The notes under the pieces were generated by a model. The model made no database searches, was not told the origin of the DNA, and saw nothing but the letters and a program-made list of their open reading frames with translations. The position numbers were made by a program, and so were the translations under genes. Below are positions 9,831 through 20,000 of a stretch of 20,000 nucleotides of DNA, piece after piece. The stretch comes from Chiloscyllium plagiosum (taxonomy: Eukaryota): assembly GCF_004010195.1 (NCBI RefSeq), contig NC_057711.1:82134177-82154176 (forward strand). The letters run 5' to 3'. Numbering within the stretch: position 1 is the stretch's first letter; each line of letters opens with the position of its first letter.

Positions 9831-10309
9831 AGGCTAAACAGATCTTAATACTATTAACCTGGACCATGTGAGTAATGAAATTGCTCTTCGAGATGCAATC
9901 CTGCTTTGGCATCTGCCTTTTTGATCATGATTACTTACAGAAGATCTGATTTAGGCAGTGACTTAGTCCCTGAACACTTCTGCTTTCTATCAAAACCACA
10001 GAACATCTTCACAGTTGAGTGTGAGCAATGTTTCTCTTAAATGTCACTATCTGTAAATGCTCATTACATGTAAAATGTGAAACTTGTAATTTGTGTAGTT
10101 CATCAGTTAGGTATTCTGTTAATGTAATTTAGCAAAGGAAAATATCTATGGACAGAATTTCAATGTATATTGGGTAGTGCTGGGTGGGGCTATAACAAGC
10201 TTTCCTAGACTTGTCTTACAGATGCTTTAGACTACTAACCACAGCAAGGCTTCAAGAAACCTAATCTTCAGGACCATGGATTTGGCTGTTAATCTTGAAT
10301 GTCCAGTTA

Positions 10310-11500
10310 AAGCTATTTGGAGATTACGGTCTTCCCAATTATTACACTGACTTTGATACACCCAGTGATTTCCTGCATAGTACCCAGACCAATGATACAA
10401 TTACTATTAGAAGGACCACAAATCATTTCCCACAACACTTTTTGACTTGTTATTCCTAATTTCCATCCAAATAGATTCTGCTTCCTGATCTTATGAGCCA
10501 AGATCCTTTTCCACAACCATCCTCATCTCTTTCTTTATTATCAGAGGTACTCTTCTTCCATGTTTTTGAAGCATTGTACAATCTGAAATATTGTTGTTAC
10601 ACTGGAACCATATTTCTAGAATGGTAATTTTATCTAAGCCATTTATTTCCATTTGTGATACTAGTTTATTGATCCTCATTGTGAAGACAATGCATTCAGA
10701 TAAAATTCATTTTCCCCCTACTATTTGCACAAATCCTTCTCATGCATATTGTATTTCTGTTCCCATATATTCCAAATCAATATACTATTCTAATGTCTTC
10801 AGTTTCCTGATTGGGTTTCAAAATCTCCCTTCATGTATTTTTCCCCAAACTTTCTTTTTAGTTTAAAGCTCATTCACAGCCCACTTAAATAATTCACGGA
10901 GATATCGATCCCAGCTTGCTTTAAGTAGAGCCCATGTGAACGTAACAGCTTTATTTCTGACTACTACAGCTACCCCTCAAATTGAAACCCCCGTTTTCCC
11001 CACAGCACTGTGAACCATGAAACTAATTCTCTAATTTGCTTGACCCAAGCTAAATGATGCATACTTGGATAATAATCCAAAGATTACATTTGAGGCTCTG
11101 TCTTTAATTTGTACTCTAACTGCACACTTCCATTGGAGGAGATCATTTCTAATTTTACCAATGCCATTGAATCCCAAATTGGATCATGGTCACTGGATCT
11201 ACCCCCTTCCAACTCCAAGTTTTCTTCAGCCCACCAAGTGTCCTTCACCCTGCCATCAATCTGGGAACACAAACATCAGAAACCCCAGTCACAACTGTGG
11301 TGAACTGTACCTATTTCCCATTACCACTACACTTGTTTTAATTCCCTAACCTCAAATGGCATCCTGCACCATGCTGTCATAGTCAGTTTGGTCATCCACC
11401 CTTTAGTCCTTTCTCAGTTATGAGTGAGCTAGCAAAAACATCTTACCTATACTTGAAAAGCTGGGGTTTTGTCTCTTCCATTTCTAGATGCTAGAGCAAA
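10310..11500 (-). mobile_element. Old CR1: endonuclease N-terminus (10310-10700) and ORF1 esterase-like region (10850-11500)
   Basis: INKLVSQMEINGLDKITILEIWFQ (resembles NKVDEL.AQIEINGLDLIAITETWLQ), KLKDRASNVIFGLL (resembles KLKSRTSKVIISGLLP) and HGLYLKQAG (resembles DGLHLNRAG). Confidence 0.75.
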
Positions 11501-11524
11501 ATGCCTGCCTAACTCATTCTCCCA

Positions 11525-13027
11525 CAGGAGGATGTGCTGGAAATTTTGAAAAACATGAGGATAGATAAATCCCCTGGGTCAGTCAGAGTATACCCAAAGT
11601 TACTGCAGAAAGCAAGAGAAGAGATTGCTGTGTCTTTGGCAATGATCTTTGTGTCCTCACTGTCCATTGGAGTGTTACCAGATGATTGGAGAGTGGTAAA
11701 TGTTATTCCCTTGTTCAAGAAGGGGAATAGAGATAATCCTGGGAATTACAGATCAGGCAGTCTAATGTAGGTGTTGGGCAGATTATTGCAGAAGATTCTG
11801 AGAGACAGGATTTATGATTATTTGGAAAAGCATAGTTTGATTAGAGATAGTCAGCATGGCTTTGTGAGGGGCAAGTCGTGCCTCACAAGCCTTATTGAAT
11901 TCTTTGAGGATGTGACAAAACACATTGATGAAGGTAGAGCAGTTGGTATGGTGTATATGGACTTTTGGAAGGCATTTGATAAGGTTCCCATGGTAGGCTC
12001 ATTCAAAAGTAAGGAGTCATGGGATACTGGGAAAGTTGGCTGTCTGGATACAAAATTGGCTAGCCCATAGAAGACAGAGGGTGGCAGTAGATGGAAAGTA
12101 TTCAGCCTGGAGCACGGTGCCCAGTGGTGTTCTGCAGAGACCTTTGTGATTTTCATAAATGACTTGGTTGAGGAAGTGGAAGTTTGCCAATGACATGAAG
12201 GTTGGTGGAGTTGTGGATAGTGTGGAGGTTGCACCAAGATATTGACAGGATGCAGAGCTGGAATGAGAAATGGCAGATGGAGTTCAACCTGGAAAAGTAT
12301 GAAGTAATTTATTTTGGAATGTCAAATTTGAATGCAGACTACAGAGGTAAAGGCAGGATTCTTGGCAATGTAGAGGAACAGAGGGATCTTGGGGTCCACA
12401 TCCACAGATCCCTGAAAGTTGCCACCCAAGTTGATAGGGTTGTTAATTTGGCGTATGGTGTGTTGGCTTTCATTAGTAGGGGGATGGAGTTTAAGAGCCA
12501 CGAGGTTATGCTGCAACTTTATAAAGCCCTGATTTGATCATACTTCGAATGATGTGTTCAGTTCTGGTCACCTCATTATAGGATGTGGAAGCTTTAGAGA
12601 GGGTACAGAGATTTACCAGGATGTTGCCTGGACTGGAGGGCATGTCTTATGAAGAAAGATTGAGTGAGCTAGGGCTTTTCTCATTGGAGCGAAGAAGGAT
12701 GATAGGTGACTTGATAGAGGTGTACAAGATGATGAGAGGCATAGATAGAGTGGATAGCTACAGACTTTTTCCTAGGGAGAAATGGCTATCATAAGCGGGC
12801 ATAATTTTAAAGTGACTGGAGAAAGGTTCTTTACATAGAGAGTGGTGCATTGCCAGTGGTGGTAGTAGAATCAGATACATTAGGGATTTCTAAGTGACTC
12901 TTGAATAGGAGGCACATGGATGATAGTAAAACAAAGGGCATGTAGATTAGTTTGATTTTAGAGTCGGATAAAATGTCAGCATCAAGGGCCTATACTGCCT
13001 TGTGCTTTACTTATCTATGTTCTACGT
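11525..13027 (+). mobile_element. 5'-truncated CR1 LINE (RT plus 3' UTR)
   Basis: DKSPGSVRVYPKLL, PDDWRVVNVIPLFKKG, QHGFVRGKSCLTSLIEFF, YMDFWKAFDKV, LERVQRFTRMLPGL. Tail TCTATGTTCTACG. Confidence 0.92.
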
Positions 13028-13029
13028 AC

Positions 13030-13250
13030 AGTTGATCCTTAAATAACTTTATGATCAGCTAAACCCAAAGGATGTGACTGTCTCCTGGAACAAGATGCCT
13101 AATGACTTCTCCACTCTGATGTCCCACAATGTCTGCAGCTCAAACTGTAGCTCACCAATGTGATCTAAAGTTACAAAGGCTGCAGACATTGTTGTCTGGG
13201 ACTACAATGTATTCTACAGACACCCACATCTACAGTCATGTTTGCCTAAC
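13030..13250 (-). mobile_element. CR1 ORF1 N-terminus (Cys-rich region plus coiled coil), continuing 10310-11500
   Basis: Minus strand gives MWVSVEYIVVPDNNVCSLC...IGELQFELQTLWDIRVEKSLGILFQETVT. Confidence 0.7.
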
Positions 13251-13728
13251 CTTACTTATTTACTTTACTAAATTATTAACTAGTTAGCTACAGTAATAGC
13301 ATGTTACAGTCTCCTAGCATGGAAACTAAATTACTCACCAGCAACAGAATTTAAAACAAACAAAGGAGAAGCATTCCTTTTACCCTTTGCATTGAATTGT
13401 CACTTGCACCACATTCCAGACATAGCATCCTGTTCTTAGATCACTGCATGCTTCCCCACTCTGTGCAGTAGTAAACATTGTCAAGTTACATAAAATGGTC
13501 ATGACTCATGTCCAAATTGCAACTGTTAAAGGTCAGCTTCCAGCTACTGTAATTAGTCTTCAGTTAGGCAACAGCCTTCAGCTGATTGACAGTTAATTGC
13601 CAATGACAGCATTTTCTGTTAATTGGATTTCCTAACTAACTTGCAGTTCCATTTGTAGTTTTGAACCTCAATCATACAAACTATTAATCTAAATTATTGA
13701 TACAAAAATCATAGTTTAAGTTTTAGTT

Positions 13729-14245
13729 CGTGTCCTCGGCCCAATTATCAACAACTGCTTCATCGATGGCCTTCCCTCCACAAGTCAGAAGTAGGAATGT
13801 TTGCTGATGATTGCACAATGTTCGGTGCAATTTGTGACTCCTCAGATACGAATGCAATAATGTCACGAATGTTGCAAGACCTCGACAATATCCAGGCTTG
13901 GGCTGAAAACTGGCAAGTTACATTCATGCCGCACAAATGCTAGACAATGACTATCTCCAATAACAGGCAATCTAACCACTGTCCCTTGACATTCAATGGC
14001 ATTACCTTCACTGAATTCCCCATTATCAATATCCGAGGCATTACAAGAGCAGGTCAGAGTATGAGTACTGGGATGGGTAACTCATCTCCTGACTCCCCAA
14101 AGCCTGTCCATGTGTACAAGGCACAGGTCAGAAGTCTGATGGAAGATTCCCCATTTGCCTGGATGAGTACAGCTCCAATACTACTTGAGAAGCTTGACAC
14201 CATCTTGGACAAAGTAGGACACATAATTGGCAACACATCTACCAC
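13729..14245 (+). mobile_element. L2/Crack-like LINE RT fragment
   Basis: VLGP..., VGMFADDCTMF, QDLDNIQAWAENWQVTF, PLTFNGITFTEFPIINI, YKAQVRSLMEDSPFAW. Distinct from the CR1 copies and homologous to 19033-19855. Confidence 0.8.
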
Positions 14246-14255
14246 TAATGCTTAG

Positions 14256-16440
14256 TAGAATCATAGACTATACAATGTAGAAAAGGCCCTTCGGTCCATC
14301 AAATTTGCACTGACATATCTATCACTACAGATATTCAATTTCCTGCACTTGTCCCATATCCTTGCATGTTATGGTACTTGAGATGCTCATCCAAATAGCT
14401 TTTAAAGGTGGTACACTTCCCAGGCAGTGTATTCCAGATTTCCACCAACTGCTGAGTGAAAAAGCTGTTTCCCAAATTCCCTCTGAATCTCTTGTCCTTT
14501 ATTCTAAACTATGCCTCTCATGATTGACCCTTCAACCAAGGGAAAGAGCTGCTCTCTATTCACCCTATCTATACCCTTTGTAATCTTGTACACCTCAATC
14601 CTCTCTGCTCCAAAGAAATCAATTCAAGCCGACCAAGTTTCTCCTTATAGCTCAATTTCTCCATCCCAGGCAACGTCCTGGTTAACTTCCTCAATACCTC
14701 CTCCAATGCTAACACATCCTTCCTGTAGTGAGATGGGCAGGACTCCAATTGTGGCTGGACCAAAGCTCTGCACAACTCTAACGTTACCTCCTTGCTCTTA
14801 TACTCTATGCCACAACTGATAAAAGCAGTTTATGCCTTCTATATGCCTTCTTAACTATCCTATTCACCGTGTTCTGCCAACTTCAGAGATCTGTGAATAA
14901 TTATTCCAACTGCTCTCTATTCCTCTAAGCCATCCAGTGTTCTGCTATTCATTAAATACTCCCTCATTTTTCTACAATTCTATCTAGTTTCTTCTTCCAA
15001 AGTGCATCACCTTGCACTTACCAGGTTTAAATACCATCTGCCACTGGTCTGTCCATCTGACCAACCCATCTCTATCTTCCTGAAACCTACAACCATGTTC
15101 TTCATTATTAACCACTCTATCAATCTTGGTTTCTTCTGCAAATTTACTTAATAATCCCCTCACATTTTAATTTATATCATTTATGTATATAACAAACAAT
15201 TAAGGTCCCAGTACTGACCCATGTGATACATCACTGGACATCTGCCTCCAGTCACTCAAACAGCCTTCTACTACTTCCCTTTGTGTCCTAATACTAAGCC
15301 AGTTTTTGATCCATCTTGCCAAATTTCCCAGTTCCATTTGCTTTAATCTTTTCAATCAGATTCTCATGTGAGACCTTGGCAAAGGCTTTACTAAAATCCA
15401 TATACAGAGGAACCTCAATTATCCAGCATGCGATTATCCAAATATCGTATTATCCAGCAGGACTGTAAGGTCCCAATGTTTAGCTAAACTATGCTATCTG
15501 GCATTCGATTATCTGGAATTCAATTAATCGAACAAAATACTCCCTGCCCGTGTCCTTCGGATAATCGAGGTTCCTCTGTAAACTGAATATTACCTCATCC
15601 ACACACCTGATCACATTTTCAAAAAGTTTTAACTACTTGTTAGGCATGATCTCCCTCAGACAAAGCCATACTGATGCTCCCTAATAAACCTATGCCTCTC
15701 CAAGTGAGTATTAATTCTTCTTTCAGTATTTTCTCCAATAGTTTCCCTACCACTAATATGAGACTCACCGGTCTGTAATTTCCTGGCTCATTTCTACCAC
15801 CCTTCTTAAAAACTAGAACTATTTTAGATGTTCTCCAGTCCTCTAGTATTTCCCCCGTGGCCATAGAGGAATTAGACGTTTGTGTCAGAGTCCCTGCCTC
15901 GCTTCCTACAGCAGCCTGGGATGCAATTTATCCAGGCCATGGGATTTATCTGTTTTTAAGCTGAACAAAGCTTCCAATACCTCCCCATTTCCTATGTCAA
16001 ACTGTGCAAGCTCCTCACAGTCCTTTTTCCTGAATTCCGTACTTATGCTCTACTTTTCCAGAATGAAACCGAAAACCACTCAATATCCTGCAGCTTCATA
16101 CACAGGTTGCCCCCTTGTCCCAATGGGTCCTACTCTTTCCCTGGTTAACTTCTTCCCTTTAATGGATTTTTAAAAATCTATTAGGATTCTCCATAATCTT
16201 ACTCACAAAACCTCTCTCAAGCCCCCTTTTTGCTCTTCGAATGGCTTTCTTAAATTCACTCCTGCAATTCTTGTATTCCTCTAGGGTCGCAGTTGAATTG
16301 TCCCTTTTGGACTTGCTAAAAGTCCTACGCTCTTTCCTTATCCAGTCCAGAATTGTCCTAGAATGCAGGTTTCTCTGAACTTATTACGCCTTCATTTCCC
16401 TGTAAAGGGTATATGTTAGACCTGTACTCTCCCTAGTTCC
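14256..16440 (-). mobile_element. Degraded CR1 LINE (3' tail at 14256, RT and linker), interrupted by a MITE
   Basis: ALVQPQLESC..YRKDVLALEEV, ILEDWRTSKIVLVFKKGGRNEPGNYRPVSL, and VYMDFSKAF restored across the MITE. Confidence 0.88.
15405..15578. mobile_element. 174-bp non-autonomous Tc1/mariner (Tigger/pogo-like) MITE
   Basis: 20-bp TIRs CAGAGGAACCTCAATTATCC / GGATAATCGAGGTTCCTCTG (1 mismatch). TA duplication at 15403-15404 and 15579-15580. Confidence 0.92.
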
Positions 16441-16474
16441 TTTTTAAATGCTCCATTGGTCCATTGTAGACGTA

Positions 16475-16615
16475 CCTGCAGACTAGGTGGGTAAGCCATG
16501 GGTAATGCAGGGTTACAGGGATAGGGTAGGAAGGTGGAGCATGGTGGGGTGTCTTTGGAGGGTTGGTGTGGACTCGATGGGCCAAATGGCTTGCTTCCAC
16601 ACTGCAGGGATTCAA
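16475..16615 (+). mobile_element. 3' half of an HE1-like V-SINE
   Basis: GCAGACTAGGTGGGTAAGCCATG...GGGCCAAATGGCTTGCTTCCACACTGCAGGGATTC is homologous to the 3' half of the 7126-7452 SINE. Confidence 0.75.
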
Positions 16616-16619
16616 TGAA

Positions 16620-16760
16620 CTATGAAGTATTTCCAAACGTTGCTCAAGCTCCGAAACCTGCAGCTCCAGCTTCTGCTGCTGGGAGCACTTCCTGCACATG
16701 TGGTCATCTAAGAAACTGGCAGCATACACGATTCCTCACATGTGACATGCTACACATTCC
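16620..16760 (-). mobile_element. CR1 ORF1 N-terminal fragment
   Basis: FLDDHMCRKCSQQQKLELQVSELEQRLEIL: CxxC followed by a coiled coil, as in CR1 ORF1. It is collinear with 14256-16440 and may belong to the same element. Confidence 0.7.
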
Positions 16761-17294
16761 ACTCAGCTGGCCTCTCCTGACATCTCTTAAACTTACAATT
16801 AATGCCTTAGACTAGAATTATTAGTCTTATTTTGTTTGACTTCCTACTCTATTACTAAGGTTATGAAAAAGTTAACTGCAACTAACTGCCCACTACTCTA
16901 AATCTGTTAGGGTACGAAAGGTTAGGATAAGAAAACCAGTCATTGACAGGTGCCCAGTCCTCACCAATCCAGAGCTTTTCTCACCTTTTGAAGTTATGAT
17001 ATCAACAGGAGCCACACTGAAGATTCTCATGGTGTTGCTGCAGCTTATTGGTTACTGTGTCCTTTCCCGTCTCCCAGTGGCTGTTGCTTCTCCAAGCTAA
17101 GTACCCATGAAAGACTGTAAAGTAGCAGCGGTGCGTACAATCTACAAGATAACTCCTCAGTACAGAGCTGAATTATTGGCTTAGGTAATATTGTGAAGTT
17201 GTTAATGTTTGGCTTTGATGTGAATTTACCTCCAGCAAGATATTTTACCTGATGCAGCAATGCTTATGTTGTCCCTCATGAAATAAAAATCCAC

Positions 17295-17780
17295 AGAAGC
17301 ATAAAAGATAGAGGCAGGAATAGGCCAGTTCACCACTCAAGCCTGCTCCGCCATTCAACATGATCATGGCTGATGACTGAGCTCAATACCCTAATCTGCC
17401 CTCACCTATGTCTCTTTATTTCTTTAGCTGCAAGATGTAAATCTACCTCCTTCTTGAAAACTCAATGTTTTGCCCTCAACCACTTTCTGTGATAGTGAAT
17501 TCCACAGACTCACCACTCTCTAGGTGAAGAAATTTCTCCTTATCTCAGTCATAAAGGTTTGCCCCTTGTCCATAAACTATGACCCCTGGTTCTGAACTCA
17601 CTCACAATTGGAAACATCTTTCCTGCATCTAACTTGCTTAATCCCATTAGAATTATATAGGTTTTGATGAGATCTGCCTCATTCTTCTGAATTCCAGTGA
17701 ATACAATCATAACTGACTCAGCCTTTCTTCTTATGTCAGTCCTGCCATTCCAGGAATCAGTCTGGTCAATCTTCACTGTG
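17295..17780 (-). mobile_element. CR1 3' fragment
   Basis: DLIKTYIILMGLSKLDAGKMFPIVSEFRTRGHSL plus a 3' UTR similar to 5500-5828. Confidence 0.85.
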
Positions 17781-17887
17781 TGATGGCAGGACTGATGTAT
17801 AAGAAGAGATTGAATCAGTTAGAACTGTATTCACTGGAAAACAAGTATGGATATTGTGGTATTAAAGAATCAAACAAACATTTATTT

Positions 17888-18551
17888 TGAAATTTGCATT
17901 ACAGGTAGACAGGGTGGTTAAAAAGGTGTTTAGCATGTTTGCCTTCATTGCTTAGACCTTTGAGTCTAGGAGTTGGGACATCATGTTCAGATTGTACAGT
18001 ATGTTGGTGAAGCCTCTTTAGGAGTACTGTGTGCAGTTCTGAGTGCCCTGCGATAGAAAGGACATTATTAAATTGGAAAGGGTGAAAAAAATGTACCAGA
18101 TATTTCCAGGAATGGAGGGTTTGAATTATAAAAATAGGCTGGATAGGCTGGGACTTTTCTCACTGGAGTTGAGGAGGTTGAAGGGTGACCTTATTGAGGT
18201 ATATAAAATCATGAGGGGTATAGATACACTGAATAGCAAGTGTCTTTTTCCTAGGATGGGTGAGTTCAAAACTCGGGGGCACATTTTTAAGGTAAGAGGA
18301 GAAAGTTTTAAAAAGGACATGAGGAGCAACTTTTTTACACAGAGAGTGGTTTGTATGTAGAATGCATTTCCAGAGGAAGTGGTGGATGCAGGTACAGTTA
18401 CAATATTTAAGTTCATGAAAAGGAAAGGTTTAGAGGTATATGGGCCAAATGCAGGCAAGTGGGATGAGTTTAGTTTGGGAACATGGTCATCGTGGACTAA
18501 ATGGACTGAAGAGTCTGCTTCCATGCTGTATGACCGTATGACTCTATAACT
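17888..18551 (+). mobile_element. CR1 3' fragment
   Basis: RKDIIKLERV...RLDRLGLFSLELRRLKGDLIEVYKIMRG...FFTQRVV. Tail TATGACCGTATGACTCTAT. Confidence 0.9.
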
Positions 18552-19032
18552 AGTTATGTACAAACATTATGCTTTTCATGTGCATCAGTGTTTGGGCTAA
18601 CATTAAACTATTAAGTTACACAGAACAGCATGCTTTAAGTAGTGTACCATGCTGCAATTTATCTTCAGTAAGGTAGAGTTGGAGATCGTTATGCTCCCAG
18701 GTCACATGCTAAAATACAATGATAATAAACTGAAAATGTGTCTTGAATGTATATTAATATACCAACTATAATAGATACCACAACAGACTTGAACTGACAT
18801 TCCTCTGAAATCACTAAGCTATTGCTGATTTTTCAAAACGAGACCAACTGAGATCAGCATCACATTAAGTTTGGCACTTGTTGTTTTGCCAAAAAAAGGA
18901 ATTAAACGAGAAACATTGTTGTAGAAAAAATAGATGAGAGTGAATGGTAAATACTCACTAAGGAATAAAGCTAGAAGGAAAGATAAGAAAATAATGCAAA
19001 AGGTAAGAAGGATTGGAGATTGGGTTGAAATC

Positions 19033-19855
19033 CTTTTTTTTATTCATTAGTGGGATGCAGGTGTTGCTAGCTGGCAACCTTTACTGTCTCGTTGCCCTGT
19101 GAGATGGTGGTAGTGAGCTGCTTTCTTGAACTGCAGTCTACCTATTGTGGGTTCATCTACAATGCTCTTAGGGAGGGAATTCCAGGATTCTGACCCAGTG
19201 ACAGTGAAGGAGCATCAATATATCTCCAGATCAGGATGGTGAGTGGCTTGGAAGGGAACTTGCAAGTGATGGTGTTCCCAAGTATTTGCTGCCCTTCTCC
19301 TTCTAGATGGAACTGCTCATGGTTTTGTAAAGTACTGTCTGAGGATCTTCGATGAATTTCTGCAGTGCATCTTGTAGGTATAACATACTGCTGCTACTTG
19401 GTGGTAGAAAGAGTGAATGTTTGTGGATGTGATGCCAATCAAGCGGGCTGCTTTGTCTTGAAAGGTGTCAAGCTTCTTAAGTGTTGTTGGAGCTGCACCC
19501 ATCCAGGCAAATAGGGAGTACTCCATAACATTCCTGACTTGTGCCTTGCTGATGATGGGCAGACTTTGACGACTTAAGGAGGTGTGCTACTCGCCCCAGT
19601 ATTCCCAGCATCTGACCTGTTCTTATAGCCACTGTGTTTGTGTGAAAAGTCCAGTTAAATTTATGGTCAATGGTAACCCTCAGGATAGTGCTAGTGGGAG
19701 ATTTTAATGATGGTAACACCATTGAATGTCAAGGGACTGTGGTTAGATTGTCTCTCATTCATGATGATCATGGCCTGACATTTCTGTGGTGCAAATGTTA
19801 CTTGCTACATGTCAACCCAAGCCTGGATATTGTCAAGATCTTGTTGCATTTGAAC
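19033..19855 (-). mobile_element. L2/Crack-like LINE 3' part with A-rich end
   Basis: ILRVTIDHKFNWTFHTN and MEYSLFAWMGAAPTTLKKLDTFQDKAARLIG. The 3' end reads ...AATGAATAAAAAAAA on the minus strand. Homologous to 13729-14245. Confidence 0.82.
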
Positions 19856-20000
19856 ATAGAGTCATAGAGATGTACAGCATAGAAACTGACCCTTCGGTCC
19901 AACCCGTCCATGCTGACCAGATATCCCAACCCAATCTAGTCCCACCTGCCAGCACTCGGCCCATATCCCTCCAAACCCTTCCTATTCATATACCCATCCA
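19856..20000 (-). mobile_element. CR1 3' end (same subfamily as 9272-9830 and 2865-5403), continues beyond the window
   Basis: Nearly identical to about 9280-9425, with a (CTCTATGA) tail. Confidence 0.9.

Noticed and set aside
9833..9867. Possible micro-exon ending at a GTGAGT donor
   Set aside because: The acceptor coincides with the CR1 truncation point, there is no pyrimidine tract, and the peptide is not recognisable.
17078..17184. Possible + strand exon (pyrimidine tract and CAG at 17077, GTAATA at 17185)
   Set aside because: All three frames contain stops. The central GTAGCAGCGGTGCGTACAATCTACAAGAT resembles the L2-like sequence at about 19365-19400, so it is probably a LINE remnant.

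Overview
Vertebrate, almost certainly elasmobranch (shark), non-coding DNA made mostly of nested, decayed transposons. I found no host protein-coding gene. Most of the sequence is CR1-clade LINE fragments of several subfamilies on both strands. Also present: two L2/Crack-like LINE fragments, a full-length tRNA-derived V-SINE (HE1-like) plus a 3' fragment of one, a 663-bp solo LTR (TG..CA ends, 5-bp TSD), a 174-bp TA-flanked Tc1/mariner-type MITE, two Penelope-like inverted repeats carrying minimal hammerhead-ribozyme motifs, and a 299-N gap. Three things stand out: (i) an array of 8 identical GGCTTTATGCCT mini-hairpin cores with variable spacers at 8771-9199, inside about 1.8 kb of unassigned sequence; (ii) a 126-bp local inverted copy of a LINE-in-LINE junction at 5946-6071; (iii) minus-strand CR1 pieces from 1 to 13250 that are collinear and may be one ancient element expanded by nested insertions. 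Family names come from my recognition of motifs, not from database searches.
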